From assembly GCF_009914755.1 (NCBI RefSeq), contig NC_060940.1: a stretch of 64,000 nucleotides of DNA. The stretch is one strand, 5' to 3'. The translations under genes and the position numbers were made by a program. The stretch comes from the human T2T-CHM13v2.0 reference genome, Homo sapiens. Shown here piece after piece: positions 14,246 through 28,536 of this stretch. Under the pieces are notes generated by a model. It made no database searches. It had not been told where the DNA came from and saw only the letters and a program-made list of their open reading frames with translations. How positions within the stretch are numbered: position 1 is the first letter of the stretch; each line of letters starts with the position of its first letter.

Positions 14246-16049
14246 TTTATGCTTTCCCCGTTTTGCCTTATAAGACTACAGAATTGTAGCAGAGAAGGGG
14301 TATTGGACCTCTGTTGTATGGTATATGCTAGTGGGAGAGACTTTTTTTCTATCTTTGCTTCAAACTTGTGCACTGTGATTTCTATTATGTAATTTAAGTG
14401 GACATCTTTTAGATAAAATAAGCCTATAATAAAATGGCTTTGATGGCAGATGTACAAACTATAAAAATGAATACACATATGCATGTGAAGTAATACTTTT
14501 ATTATTCTGCTGTTCTACAAATAAGTTTTGCCTTATGCTATTTTCCCAGCTTCTCATTGCCTTCATGGATATATTCATTTGAATGACTGTCGTCAGAGAT
14601 TTCATCCACAGACCTGCATTTTTAAAGAGGATTTGACTGGGCCTCCTGTTTTTTCTCTCTCTAATCATTTGGGCCACAGCAGCTAATTGCAGTGTCTAAT
14701 TGTATCCTCAGTTGGCTGCTTGCACCCACAATTAACTAAATATAAGCACCAGCATCTTGGTACATTCAATTTTATGCCTCAAAGGGAGCTGTGTGAGAGG
14801 GCAGTTGGCAGTTGGCTATCTTCAGGAAAACAACTTCTCAGACTTGGAAGTGTAGGTCTAATTTTAAAGCTTCCAAATATTTTCTAGTTGGCACAGTCTT
14901 GGCACTGTCCATAAACCTAGTGACTATCTTAGCTACACTTTCAAGAACATAAAATCCAGATGAGTTGCAGACAGGCCACAGTTTAAGAAAAATGTCAGTA
15001 GAGGCATGAGCTCACATCTGATCACAACCATTCTTCTACTATGCTTGAGCAGCTCGTGGAATAAATGTCCTGACAAGTATGTGTGCAGCTATGGTGGACT
15101 GGGACAGAAGAACTGGAGCCTTCATGTATTTTGATCCCATGTCAGGTATATTTGTCCTTCTTCAGCAATTTGAAAAGCCTCTTTGAGGAGTTAGTTGCAA
15201 TGGTGCATTTGAAATGCAGGCACTCCTCTAAAGCAGGTGTCTCAAAAACTGACTTGGAGTCAACTTAAATCCCACTCTGGAAATCAGGCTGGAAACATCA
15301 TGAGGATGGAAGCCTGTCACAGCCTAGGCTTGAACTTCCAAATTAGCTCACATCTTCGACAGATGTGCCAAAGAGAATACTAGCTGATCCACCCCTTAAG
15401 GGAGAAATTAAAACTCAGTGTTTTGCAGTGGTTGCTCAGTAATCACTAGAATGTTGCTGTCAAAGCAAATCAAGAGGCTGTAGAAGTCTCTATTTCTAGA
15501 TAAGTAACAAAACAAAGTTTTCTCATGCAAGTACCCAGAAATAAACAGATTGGATAGCCAGAAAAAAAAGAAGAAAGAGTAATGTATGTGGAATAAATTT
15601 CTAGTCTTTGTTTTCATCTCAGAATTTTAGTCTAAGCCTAATACGTCACCACTATTTCCAACATAGTCATTGCTTAACAGTTTCAGTGGTTGCCTTCACT
15701 GTCTCATGTGATGTGGGAATTCTGACTTGGAGGTGAACTAATCCCAGACTAGGATCAAGTCTGTGACTTCTCATTTCCAATGCAGATTAGTGTTTCCACA
15801 GTATAAGGCATGCTTGAACAATTAGGTAAATTTGAGCTGAGCAGATCCTAAAATCCATTCAGCTACATGAACCATATGTTCAATACGATATTTCAGCTAT
15901 TTATTCTTCTAGTGCATTGAGCTTTCATGACCACCTTGTTACAAACCAGCCTTTATATATGTCTCTTGATTATTTATTGATAAGATTTATCTCAATGATT
16001 TATTGGTAAGATGAGATTCTCTATATATAATTGCCATATATATGTGGTA

Positions 16050-16050
16050 A

Positions 16051-16091
<41 letters not shown>

Positions 16092-16110
16092 ATATATACA
16101 TATATATATA
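16050..16110. repeat. Compound (TA)n(CA)n microsatellite
   Basis: Direct inspection. Confidence 0.92.
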
Positions 16111-18097
16111 CCAGCTGAGGGGTAACAGACATTGTTTGGTAAAATAAAATATATTGATAAATATGTCCAGGGTTACTAGGCAGCATAAATGTACATAAAA
16201 ATTTGAAGATTAAGAATGCAAAAGAGATAAAAAGATACATTTGCTCTTCTAGCGTGTGGGTGTTAGGGGTAAGGGGGCAACATGAAGACAGAAGAAAAAG
16301 GGGGGTTAACCAGGGGACTATATAAGTGCAACCCTTATTGGTGGGATTTTGGCAAGGTTGTTTCAAAATAGAAATGTCTAAGATGAAATTTTAATTTAGT
16401 TTGGGTGTGCAAAATACAATGATACTTCAGTAAGATCTACTCTATATATGGAAAAATACGTAAGTGAATTGTGTGTTGAAACTATAGAAAGGGCTGGGCT
16501 TTGGGCTTTTTCTGCAGAACATGTTTAGAAGTAGGGACTCAGACACAGATATGTCTATGGGAAAATAAGTTCCTGGGTACTTACCTTAATGAAGGGAAGG
16601 TCTTAGACTTCTCTGCTTCATGAACATACATGTTCCAGATAACCTCACACAGAAATCAAGGAGTCATGGTTTTCCCAGCTAACATCTAAGGTCCATTCTG
16701 ACGAGGACTAATAATTCCGGTTCCACTAGGAACACAGAAACGTTTAGGAAAATAAGGCATTCCCATAAGATGCCCCCATTCTAGCAAGGAAGGTCGCTAT
16801 GGTCAAATGTTAATAATACTATGTAATTTAGTCAGGAATGTGCACGACTTGCTCTGGCAATAAAGAGAAAGCTCAAACTTGAGACTAGTTCCTGGGAGGC
16901 TCAGAGACTCCCTGACACAGACCAATTCTGCAGCATGAGTTCAGAGGACAGAGCCTGCCCTAGCCTGCCCTATCATAGGAGCCTTACGTTCTGGGAGATA
17001 TTATGCCAGTCTTAGATACATTAGGGCTACTGGGAATCCTAAAAAAATCAGCAATTTCCTACCCTATCCAGGACCCCTTTGAACAGCCGTCTTTTGATGC
17101 CTATCTCTTATCCCATTGGATCTTCACACTGGAACTTTTCTAGGTAGGCTCTGAGAAATCTGAGGTAAAAGTCTGTTATTTTCAAGATTGTGGAGTTTTA
17201 AAGAGTTTAGAAAGTTCAAAGGAGGTTTTCATGGCAATTTACAATTCTGAGCACTTTATCAGATACGTGTGGGGATCGCAAATCCATCAGTAAAGGAACA
17301 GCCTAAACAGTCCTCCTTTACTTTTATGAGCAGCAGCCCTGCCATGACAAGTGATTTTCTTTTTCCTTCTATGGGAAAAAATGCTCCGCCTTTACCAGTA
17401 AGCAGGTGGCTGTCATTTTCTTTTTTTTTTTGGCATAATTTAAAGTCCTTTAAATGCTTATTTTTAATTTTAATAATTTTGGAGGTGTTCACTTGTGCAT
17501 TAAAATTCAGGAAGCTGGCTTAGCCCTCGGCTTACCTTCAGGGCAAAACTGTGCGCAAGACATGCTTCTATGAGATAATTTGTTTCCTAATTGGCATCCG
17601 TTTGCTGAAATACAATTAAAGTTATTGCTCTAATATTAACATCAACATCTTGATTGCTCTATAAAGCATGAATATTTATAAATTTTTTTCTTCCATGGAA
17701 GATATCTCTTAGGCATTTACTTTTTGGTGTTGTCAGTTTCATATTTATTAAGAAGTTTTCATAAGGAGGATATAAGAAGGGTCTGGGTCACTTGCTGAGA
17801 TTTAATACACAGCAGGGTTAGGCCATTTAGACGCTAAAGAGCTGTGTAAAGCATCATTTCTAAGAAAATGTGTTTGGATTCTGGAGCTCAGTTGACTTGA
17901 AAACCTGAGAACTAAATCATCTATGCTACCTACTTTTTACACTATTATGAGGATCATGTGAGCTAGATGAATTTAATGCCCCTAATTGGGGAAAAAAAAA
18001 AAAAGTACCTTGTATTTGCACAGCCCTTTAAGATTTATAGTAGGCTTTGCACCTCTCAAGTGTGACTATCTGGAAGACATGATATTTCACTACTAAG

Positions 18098-18433
18098 TTT
18101 TTGGGGGGTTTTTTGGAGACAGGATCTTGCTCTTGCCCAAGCTGGAGTGCAGTGGTGCAATCATGGCTCACTGCAGCTTCACCTCCCCAGCTCAAGAGAC
18201 CCTCCCACCTCAGCCTCCTGAGTAGGTGGGACTATAGGCGTGTACCACCAAGCCTGTAGCTGGAACTACAGGAAGGCATACACCACCAAACCGGCTATTT
18301 ATTTATTTATTTATTGTAGAGACAGCCTTCCTATGTTACTCAGGCTGGTCTTGAACTCCTGGGCTCAAGCAATCCTCCCATCTCAGCTTCCCAAAGTGCT
18401 GAGATTAAAGTCATAAGCCATGTGGCACCCAGA
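18098..18433 (-). mobile_element. AluJ with an internal duplication
   Basis: J-type gggctcaagcaatcctccc; TSD tcactactaagttttt/tcattactaagttctt; the gtagctgggactacagg..caccacca block occurs twice. Confidence 0.9.
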
Positions 18434-19329
18434 CTCATTACTAAGTTCTTGGTGGGACCCATTGCAGGTTTATTGTTGTTATTTTGTTTTGAGAATGAAC
18501 TGAAAATTTTATAATTATTTATAAATTATAAATATGAGAATGTAAAGACATAATTCTAGATATATTCAGAATTAAATGATTACTGTTCATCAATTAAAAT
18601 GTTTAGATTACATTTTTTTACCCACTAAACTCTTAAAGTATCTTTCAAATTTGAAAAGTAATATAGGGTATCATACATGTTATACATATCAAGTTGTAAG
18701 AAAAAGCAAGTATTAAAAAATAAAAGCACCTTTTCATGTTCGAATATTCAATTGACCTCTTCAGATACAACTGTAATTAAGAGTTCCTTTGTTCTTCTTG
18801 TCCCTTTCTCTTTCTCTTTCTTTCCTAAGTTATTCTCTAAAATTACCAGTTGGACCAAGCAAGATGGGAATTTTAATGGGGTAAGAAGTTCTTCAAAACT
18901 TCAACGCACTTGTCAGATCCAGAGCAAAATGAAGAAGGAATCTGTGCAAGGGGTAGGGGGGATTTTAAATATTTAAGTCCAAGTAGAAGAGTAGCAGGGT
19001 GTCTACCTACTGACAGAAGAGGGCAGGGAGGGTAGGAGCCCTGTGATGTGATGAGGGAGGGTATCCACCATTCACATAAGTGACAGGGAGACCAAAGGAG
19101 AGACTGTGTACATGTAGAGGATGGATCTGTAAGTCATATGTTAATGATAATGGGAGCCTGGCTTCTCACTGTTGGGTAGTGGTGTTTCACATGAGAAAAG
19201 GGAGAAAACTGTCACTAAACTCTGGTATTAAATTAGAAGATGAGATGAGGTAGTGACACGAACATACAGTTCTCAATATGTGGACAGATTATGTAAGATA
19301 GAAATATAAATGTGAGATTTGTATGTATG

Positions 19330-19890
19330 TGTATCAGGGTTCTCTAGAGGGACAGGACTAATGTTCTCTAGAGGGACAGAATAGATGTATATATAAAAGG
19401 GAGTTTATTAAGGAGTGTTGACTTACAGGATCACAAGGTGAAGTCCCACAATAGGCCATCTTCAAGCTGAGGAGCAAGGAAGCCAGTCCGAGTCCCAAAA
19501 CCTCAAAAGCAGGGAAGCCAACAGTGCAGGCTTCAGTCTGTGGCTGAAGGCCTGAGAGCCACTGGCAAACCACTGGTGTAGGTCCAAGAATCCAAAAGCT
19601 ACAGAACTTGAAGTCCCATGTTCGAGGGCAGGAAGCATCCAGCATGGGAGAAATATGGAGGCCAGAAGACTCAGGCAGTCCAGTCCTTGCACGTTCTTCT
19701 GCCTGCTTTTATTCTAGCCATGCTGGCAGCTGATTAGATGGTTCCCACCCAGATTGAGGGTGGGTCTGCCGCTCCCAGTCCACTGACTCAAATGTTAATC
19801 CTCTTTGGCAACACCCTCACAGACACACCCAGGAACAATAGTTTGCATCCTTCAATCCAATCAAGTTGACACTCAATATTAGCCATCACA
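19330..19890 (-). mobile_element. MLT2A (HERV-L) solo LTR, MLT2A2-like
   Basis: Reverse strand begins tgtgatggctaatattgagtgtcaacttgattggattgaagg; perfect 5-bp TSD gtatg (19325-19329, 19891-19895). Confidence 0.93.
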
Positions 19891-20864
19891 GTATGTGACT
19901 GTGTAAAGAAATATATTTTCAGCCCTTCCACTGAAACAGCCTGCCACCTGTGATACCCAATGGCCGAAAACACCCCTAATGCCCAGAGCATGGTTTCTAA
20001 ATATTGCTTTTGACTAAATGGAATCAAGCCTTCTTGGAGAAATGGCTGATTCCAAGCTGAAGCATAGAAAAGAAAGGCCAAAAAGTATGCCAGAAAATAA
20101 AAGTGATGACAGCGTATAAAAATAACACAGATGCCAGTGTAAAGGGGCTCCCACTGGCCAAATCTGGATAAATTTTAGCATCATATTAAATAATAAAAGT
20201 AGTAGATTAAAGCCATGGAATAAAAAGAATTTATAAGATCTTAGTGACAAAAATACTTAAAGAAATTAATTGAAAGTTTAATGAGGAATGTAATATTTAC
20301 ATAATCTCATAATACCTCCTCACAAAAAGCACTTATTCTTTATAATGGGAGAACAAGCTGTATACTGGAGAAGGCTGAAAAAAATCCCCTTAAACAACTG
20401 ATCAAAATCAGCATCACCAGTCATGGACTACATTGAAATTCAGTGCCACCTGAGAGGATGTAATGAGAATGTAGCATTACTACCATAATATGGTTGCCAA
20501 ACATGCGTCACCTAAATCTAAGAATGAGGCAACATTAGACAAACTTAAATAGAGGGAAAGTCTAAAACATAAGTAGCCTATTATCTCCCAAAGAATCATG
20601 ATTATGAAAGCCCAGAAAAGACTGTTTTGGATTAATGGAGACTAATAAGGGGATGGCAAATAAATGCAACGAAGGACTCTGGATTGAATACAATTGCTAT
20701 AAAAGGTACTTATTGGTACAAATGGCAAAACTTGAATAGGAAAGTGGTGAAAACTGAAGTGTCTAAAAAGTAAATGATAATAAAATAGCAAAGTTAATGT
20801 TCTGGTTTTTATGGCTTTATTATCTTATGGAGGAGAATGACATTATTGTTAGAAAATAGTTTTG

Positions 20865-21159
20865 AGCCGGGTGCAGTAGCTCACGCCTGTAATCCCAGCA
20901 CTTTGGGAGGCTGAGGCGGGTGAATCACGAGGTCAGGAGTTCAAGACCAGCCTGGCAAAGATGGAGAAACCCCATCTCTACTAAAAATACAAAAATTAGC
21001 TGGGCGTGGTGGTGGGTGCCTGTAATCCTAGCTACTCAGGAGGCTGAGGCAGAGAATTGCTTGAACCCGGGAGGCGGAGGTTGCAGTGAGCCGAGATCCA
21101 CCATTACACTCCTGCCTGGGCAATAGAGTAAGACTCCATCTCAAAAAAAAAAAAAAAAA
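20865..21159 (+). mobile_element. AluS (Sg-like)
   Basis: Full dimer with A-tail. Confidence 0.95.
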
Positions 21160-21224
21160 GTAATTTTTCAAGGCTGGGGGCAATTTGCTCTCAGAGGATT
21201 CAAGATAAACTTACTTGTACTGTA

Positions 21225-21264
21225 AAGTGCTGGGATTACAGACATGAGCCACCGCACCCGGTCC
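21225..21264 (-). mobile_element. 40-bp Alu 5'-end remnant
   Basis: aagtgctgggattacagacatgagccaccgcacccggtcc. Confidence 0.85.
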
Positions 21265-22929
21265 AGGTGTAATATTTTTAATTTCTTCAATTTGTCCTTA
21301 TGAAAAATGTTGTAAAGACACTTCTGGATCTTAATGTCTCTCTGTTGGACATGGCAACAGTGGGCCAAAATTGTTCTGTAGTTCTCAGAGTATTTGATAG
21401 ATAGTCCAGGGGAGATACTGATTGTTTAAGAGTAGAGTTAGGCCTCTCACCTCTCTTCCGCACATTGTATGACTAAAAGTTAAGCCAAAGATAAGATTGG
21501 CTTTTTATGCCACTGTTTAATCTGAGGGCAATTTTACCAAGTCTTCCCCTAACTCCATTGACCTTACTGTTCACATGCCCTCTCAGATGCCAGCTCATGA
21601 ACAATCACCTATAAGTGAACTGCCATCCTCTGCAGCTAATAGGTGACTCTTTTATAGCCAAGAAATTCTATATTATCCCTTGAAAAATAAAATAAAATAA
21701 AATGAAATTTTCCTTGCCTAACCAGCTTTGGAGACCTGTGACTTTTATAATCCTACTGACAACAGCAAAGACAAGGGAGCAAAGGGAACCGTATAGCAGT
21801 GTACAATGGAAATCAATTTACTCATAGTAAAGTAGAGAGAGCACCCAGAGAAATGAAGTCTCGATCAAGGCAGCAAATACAGTTGCAGGATTCTTTTTCT
21901 CCTTTCTAAGTAGAGCAGAAGAATAGTGCCATCTGCATAGGCCCAGGATTACCTGTGGAGAGCAGTATCATAATGTATTATTTAAAGTGAGAAAAGATCC
22001 TTACAAAAGCCTCAGGACATCAGCAACACTTTCTAGACTAGAGATTTGAGGTTGACTCTTAGAAACAGTGCCAGTGAGGGTGGCATCTGAGTGATGCAAC
22101 AGCAGGGAGAGGCAGAGCATCAGACAGGTGAGGAAATGTTACCGGGGTAGCAACAATGGGATGTGTCCTACTGAGCCTGTGTGCTTCAATGAAGTTTTAA
22201 GGAGAGGAAAAAATCGACGGATGAAGTTTCATCTTGTGACTTTAATTACTATAAGATAAGGAAAGACAACAAGAGCCCTACTTGCACTTATCTTTAGAAT
22301 ACATAAAATTGATTGCGTGTGTAAAATGTTTTCTAAAACCATTTTAGTCTTAGATGAAGGATCTCCTTTTTTCTTCCCTTACAGCCAGAGTATCCAGAAG
22401 GAAAACGAAAACAAAAACACAATGGTCTAGTCTTGGTTAATTTGTCCGGGATTGTTTTCAGCCTAACATCATTGCCTCCCTCTTCTACTACATCTCCTTT
22501 GCATGTGGGGACAATTGGGTTTCTCATAGAATATCATGTTCAGTTCTTGACACAGCATTTGAACAACATCATTGATAAAGGAAACCAAGTTCTGTAGAGA
22601 GAGATGAGAATCATAGGATGACTCCATACAATGTCTGATTGAGAAAAACGGAAGGCATTCTGTTGTTTGATTACACGCTTCACACATATCTGTGCAGCAA
22701 AATAGAAAATATTTTAAAATAATTAACAGAGTACATTTGTCTGCCCTCATGTCTATAGCATTACTGAGTGTGGGGACTGTTACCATCTTCAGTAGAAAGA
22801 CTCTTACCTTCCTTACATATAATAGGGGCTCTGTTAATGTTGGCTAAAATTTTCCTTATTTTCACAGAAAATGGAAGTCCCGTGAAGGTTACTCAACTAC
22901 TTACACTGATATTTTCTAAAACCATTGAT

Positions 22930-23110
22930 CCTAGCACTAATTTCACTGTTTTGGGATTCCTCTTTTACTTATTGGTCTTCCCCATCATGAGATGATGAGA
23001 GTCTTTGAGGGTCATGTGTCATATCTGAATTGCTAACACATTATATTACCTGGCCCATAGCAGCCCCTCAATAAAAGGTTGAATAAATGGATGAATGAGT
23101 GAATGAATGA
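22930..23110 (+). mobile_element. L2 3' end
   Basis: cctggcccatagcagcccctcaataaa followed by a (tgaa)n tail. Confidence 0.7.
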
Positions 23111-23881
23111 TGACCCCCTAATATTTGACCAGAGTCATCAGATGAGTACACTTCGATGTTAAATTTTCAATTTCTTCTTATTGGACTGTTCAGGTTAGGT
23201 GCTTTAAGGCTACCAGATAAAAGACTACTTTATCTTCTACTTATATATTTTTTCCTTTTTTTCATCTCTATCCTACAAGAAATTACTCTTTGCTACTCAT
23301 AATTCCTACTTTTCTTTTATCAAAGAGGAAGTTTGTATGAGAGACATGGCAGAGTCACATATACTATACCAAAGAGATTTCTGGGCCCAATAAAATTTTA
23401 GTTGGTCTCCAGATTTTGGAAATTATGGGGTATATGAATGAATTACATCTTTGATGCACTAATTCATTTCACCATTGTCTTTTTTAGATGAACCAGTTTC
23501 TCTTCTCCTAGCATTCAACTCTCCAACTTATTTTTCTTTTGAATTAAGACCTTACTTTCTCAATGTAATTATATTTGTCAGTCACTCCAAAGAATGTTTC
23601 AAAGATCCCATTGTTAGTTGCTAAAGTAGTCCCCAGAAATATGTGGGATGGCAGCTACAGAACTCGTTTGAAATAGTTGCTGATTATATTCTTTATTTTT
23701 TAGTAGCCTCCAATTACATGTGAATTCCAGGGCTAATATTTGCCTTTGCCTACATTTGTGACAATTATGCTTAGAGTTAAGACATCACCACTGTGTTAAA
23801 TTTAAATCTCATAACTACTACTATCCTGAACAAATAGAGGAGTTCCTCTTTGATTTGGTTTCACTAAATGACCATAAAACA

Positions 23882-24134
<253 letters not shown>

Positions 24135-24299
24135 TCACACATAGTTTTGGGAACGTTAAAGGATTCAGTTAGAACTAGAAAGCCAGTATGCAGCAGAATC
24201 ATATTTTGTATAGAGATTTGTGTAATACCAAAGCTTGTGTTTATTCTAAACCATACTGACTTTGGGTATATGTGTAATATTAATGTTTAAGCAGGTATT

Positions 24300-25444
24300 A
24301 TATTTAATTTTAATTTATTTTATTTAAGTTGCAGGATACATTTGCAGAATGTGCAGGTTTGTTACATAGGTAAACGTGTGCCATGGTGGTTTGCAGCACC
24401 TGTCAACTCATCACCTAGGTATTAAGCCCAGTATGCATTAGCTATTTATCCTGATGCTCTCCCTCCCCCGACCCCACCAGAAATACCAGAAATGGTATTT
24501 GGTATCTGGTACACCACCTGTGTAAGATGGATAGATTGCAAAAATTTTCTCCCATTCTGTAGGTGGTCTGTTCGCTTTGATGATAGTTTCTTTTGCTGTG
24601 CAGAAGCTCTTTAGTTAGATCTCAGTTGTCAATTTTTGCTTTTGCTGCATTTGCTTTTGATGTTTTCATGATGAAATATTTGCCCATGCCTATGTCCTGA
24701 ATAGTATTATCTGGATTTTCTTCCAGGGTTTTTATAGTTTTGGGTTTTACGTTTAACTCTTTAATCCATCTTGAGTTAATTTTTGTATAAGATGTAAGGA
24801 AGTGGTCCAGCTTCAATTTTCTGCATATTCCTAGCCAGTTCTCCCAGCACCATTTATTAATAGGAAATCCTTTCCCTATTGCTTGTTTTCGTCAGGTTTT
24901 TCAAAGCAGATGGTTGTAGGTGTGTGGTCTTATTTCTAAATTCCCTATTCTGCTCCAATGGTCTGTGTGTCTGCTTTTGTACCAATACCATGCTGTTTTG
25001 GTCACTAAAGCCTTGTAGTATAGTTTGGAGTCAGGTGGTGTGATGCCTCTAGCTTTGTTCTTTTTGCTTAGGATTATATTTGCTATACGTGCTCTTTTGT
25101 GGTTCCGTATGAATTTTAAAATAGTTTTTTTCTCATTCTGTGAAGAATGTCAATGGTAATTTAATGGGAATAGCATTGAATCTATAAATTATTTCGGGCA
25201 GTATGGCCATTTTCACAATATTGATTCTTCCTATCCATGAGCATGAAATATTTTTCCATTTGTTTGTTTCCTCTGTGGTTTCCTTGAGCAGGGGTTTGCA
25301 GTTTTCTTTGAAGGGGTGCTTCACTTCTCTTGTTAGCTGTATTCCTACGTATTTTATTCTCTTTGTAGCAATTGTAAATCAGAGTTCATTCACGTTTTTC
25401 CTCTCTGCTTGTCTATTGTTGGCATATAGGAGTGCTTTTGATTT
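24300..25444 (-). mobile_element. 5'-truncated L1PA with an internal deletion (ORF2 C-terminal part plus 3' UTR)
   Basis: ORF2p peptides [18 protein letters not shown] and [33 protein letters not shown]; TSD tttaagcaggtatt (24286-24299, 25445-25458). Confidence 0.95.
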
Positions 25445-27566
25445 TTTAAGCAGGTATTTTATTATAATGAATTGACACATGCTGTCACTAATAACATGTC
25501 TGTATCTGATAACTCTTTAGGGAATATGTGAAAGACAACACTGCGTAGGCATATAACAACTTCACATAAAAGTGATTTTCAGGTTTCTTTCTGAATTAAG
25601 TCTACACATATTTTAAAGCATCCCTGACAAACTCAGAGATGCTTCCCACATTGTATTCAGTTCCTAATAATCTTTTGATAATACTTCCTTGGATTAGAAA
25701 ACAAGTTAAAAAGGCAAAGACAGTCCCAAATGATCAAGTGATCTTTTAGACATTTGGCCTTCTTTTCTACCTCATTGTTAAATTATAATGAAAAAAATAT
25801 GCCCTAGAAATTTGCTGGAAGCTCATACAAGATTTTTCTCCACTGTGACCACATTTCAGTAGAAATGGGTGAGTCATTGAAAAATTTTAACCTTTGGTTC
25901 CATTTCACCATATCACCACCTGTGAATACCAGTCATGTTACAGCAAAATTATAATATAGCCATTGCTTGCAAAAATACGGTGAAATAACCACTCTTTTAC
26001 AGAGCTACATTTTTAAAATTCATTTGGTAAGCAACTTGGCAATATAAATAAGAGCTTAAAATATTAGCAAATATTGACCTAATAAATATACTTATGTGAA
26101 TATAAACCAAGAAAAGTATTCTGAATACAGAAAGGATATGGGAAAAGGGGAAGCAATTAAGTACAAGTCTTATTGCAGCATGTTTCCCTACAGTAAAAAA
26201 TAGAAAAGAAAACATAAATGTCTTTAATTGGGAACTAGTTAAGTAGCCTATGGCATCTTTACTTGATAAAATATTACACAATCAGTAGAATAGAATTTTG
26301 AAGATTTTATAATAACAGCATATGCTTACGGTACCATATTAAGTAAATTTGCTTTGCTTTAATTGCACCTGCATTCATAATCCCTTTAAACTAAATCTTC
26401 CATGCCTTTGTTCCTGAGAAACACTTTGCAGGATTCGAACTCATATTTGTAACCCCACCGCTCCCTCCACAACATGTCTTCATTAAAATCTAATAGCTTT
26501 TCGTGCTCCTGGGAGAGAAGAGAACCTAAGCAGAGATGTAAAATTGATACAGGAGGGATGAGAAGCCTGCGGATGAGCAGTACAACAGTTCCAGTCTCGG
26601 ATGAAATTCTCTATCAGTTTTTTTTCTCCTTTGCTTCCTGAAGATCCTTTAAAATCTTATTTCTCAGTGAGTAATTTTGTCTTTATGATACAAAAGGTAA
26701 TTCCCATACCTAATATTGTTTCTAAGCACATGTGAGTACCCTGCTGAGTTATATATGAGTTTTTTTGTGAATATGACACAAAATGAAAATTCTATTTCTA
26801 GAATAGAAAAAAATGTAAATTGACTTTCACACTCAAGTGAGTTGTTTCAGGGATTGGGGGGGGTAGATTCAGTGCATCATCTTCTCTGTATTCATGTGTA
26901 ATTGATATAACTTTCAGCAATTGTTCTACATTTACAAACTTCATATTCAAAGAGTAAAGTCACAGACGTTATTGATTTTAAATAGATCTTAGGTTGCCCT
27001 CATCAAAAGTTGTCTTCTCTTGGGTAAAGGCATTAGCAGTCTCATTAAAAAGATTGTAAACTGCTGAGCATGACAAGTTTTAGTCCTTTTGTTGTTTGAG
27101 TGAGATTCCTGGATATCCTGCATTCTGCCTGTTTTGTAGTGAGAAATGGGCAGCTGGCATTCTAGCTGTCATTACTCATATTTTTTTTTTTCAATTTTTA
27201 GGCAATTGTTATAAAGCTCCCTAGATGGATAAACAACACTTTGATATGGCATGAGGAACTGTTTTTAGTGACCCTAGCTGATCAATAACAAGAATGTCAT
27301 TTCTGCCCAAGCAAACAATAAGTTGTGAATAAATAACACATTAGAGCTGAAATGTGAACTTTCTAAAGATTGAGAAAAGATGGTAAAATGAAAATGCATA
27401 CATGTTGGGGATATTATTGGATATTATTAAATAAAAAATGTTTTGTTTGCATCCTAGGTATAGTGATGTCTCAAGTATTATATAAAAATCTTTTACGTGT
27501 AAAACCATCCCATTTAGCCATCTTTATATTCTGTTTGTAGTATAGGCTCCAAATGTTGATTACTTA

Positions 27567-28165
<599 letters not shown>

Positions 28166-28536
28166 ACATTTAGCTAAAAGTGGTGTTATTGATCAAACAT
28201 CAAGTCATACGACAGCAAAACTTTTCACTCTGTCATTACACAACAGTGATGCACCCTCAGGAAACACATGTACATGCATGCATGTGAGTGCGCGCACACA
28301 CACACACAATGTATCTTTAAAGAAAAATATCAATTAAGTCTGCCTTATATCTTGTAAGTCCCTTGATCAAAGATACAGCATTATGATTTCTGATGTATCT
28401 GCTAAGCTTATTACCTTGCCAGGCCTATAATCAGTGCTCAATTCATGTCTTTTAATGTGTGAGAGACTGTGTATGTGATCATGAATTTATAGTGAGAACA
28501 TGTTAAATCCACTTTAGCTGTGTGTTGAGGAAATCT

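Larger units (their letters stand above)
18980..21224 (+). mobile_element. Old L1M (L1MC/L1MD-like) 3' region, interrupted by an MLT2A LTR and an Alu
   Basis: ttcttggagaaatggctgattccaag, gggctcccactggccaaatctgg and aataaatgcaac...ctctggattgaat are typical L1M 3' UTR motifs. Confidence 0.65.

Noticed and set aside
22361-22600. Strong plus-strand acceptor (ttttttcttcccttacag) followed by a ~70-codon open frame
   Set aside because: No convincing donor, and the peptide resembles nothing I recognise
24622-25475. ORFs as a functional reverse transcriptase gene
   Set aside because: Frameshifted fragments of a truncated, internally deleted L1 ORF2
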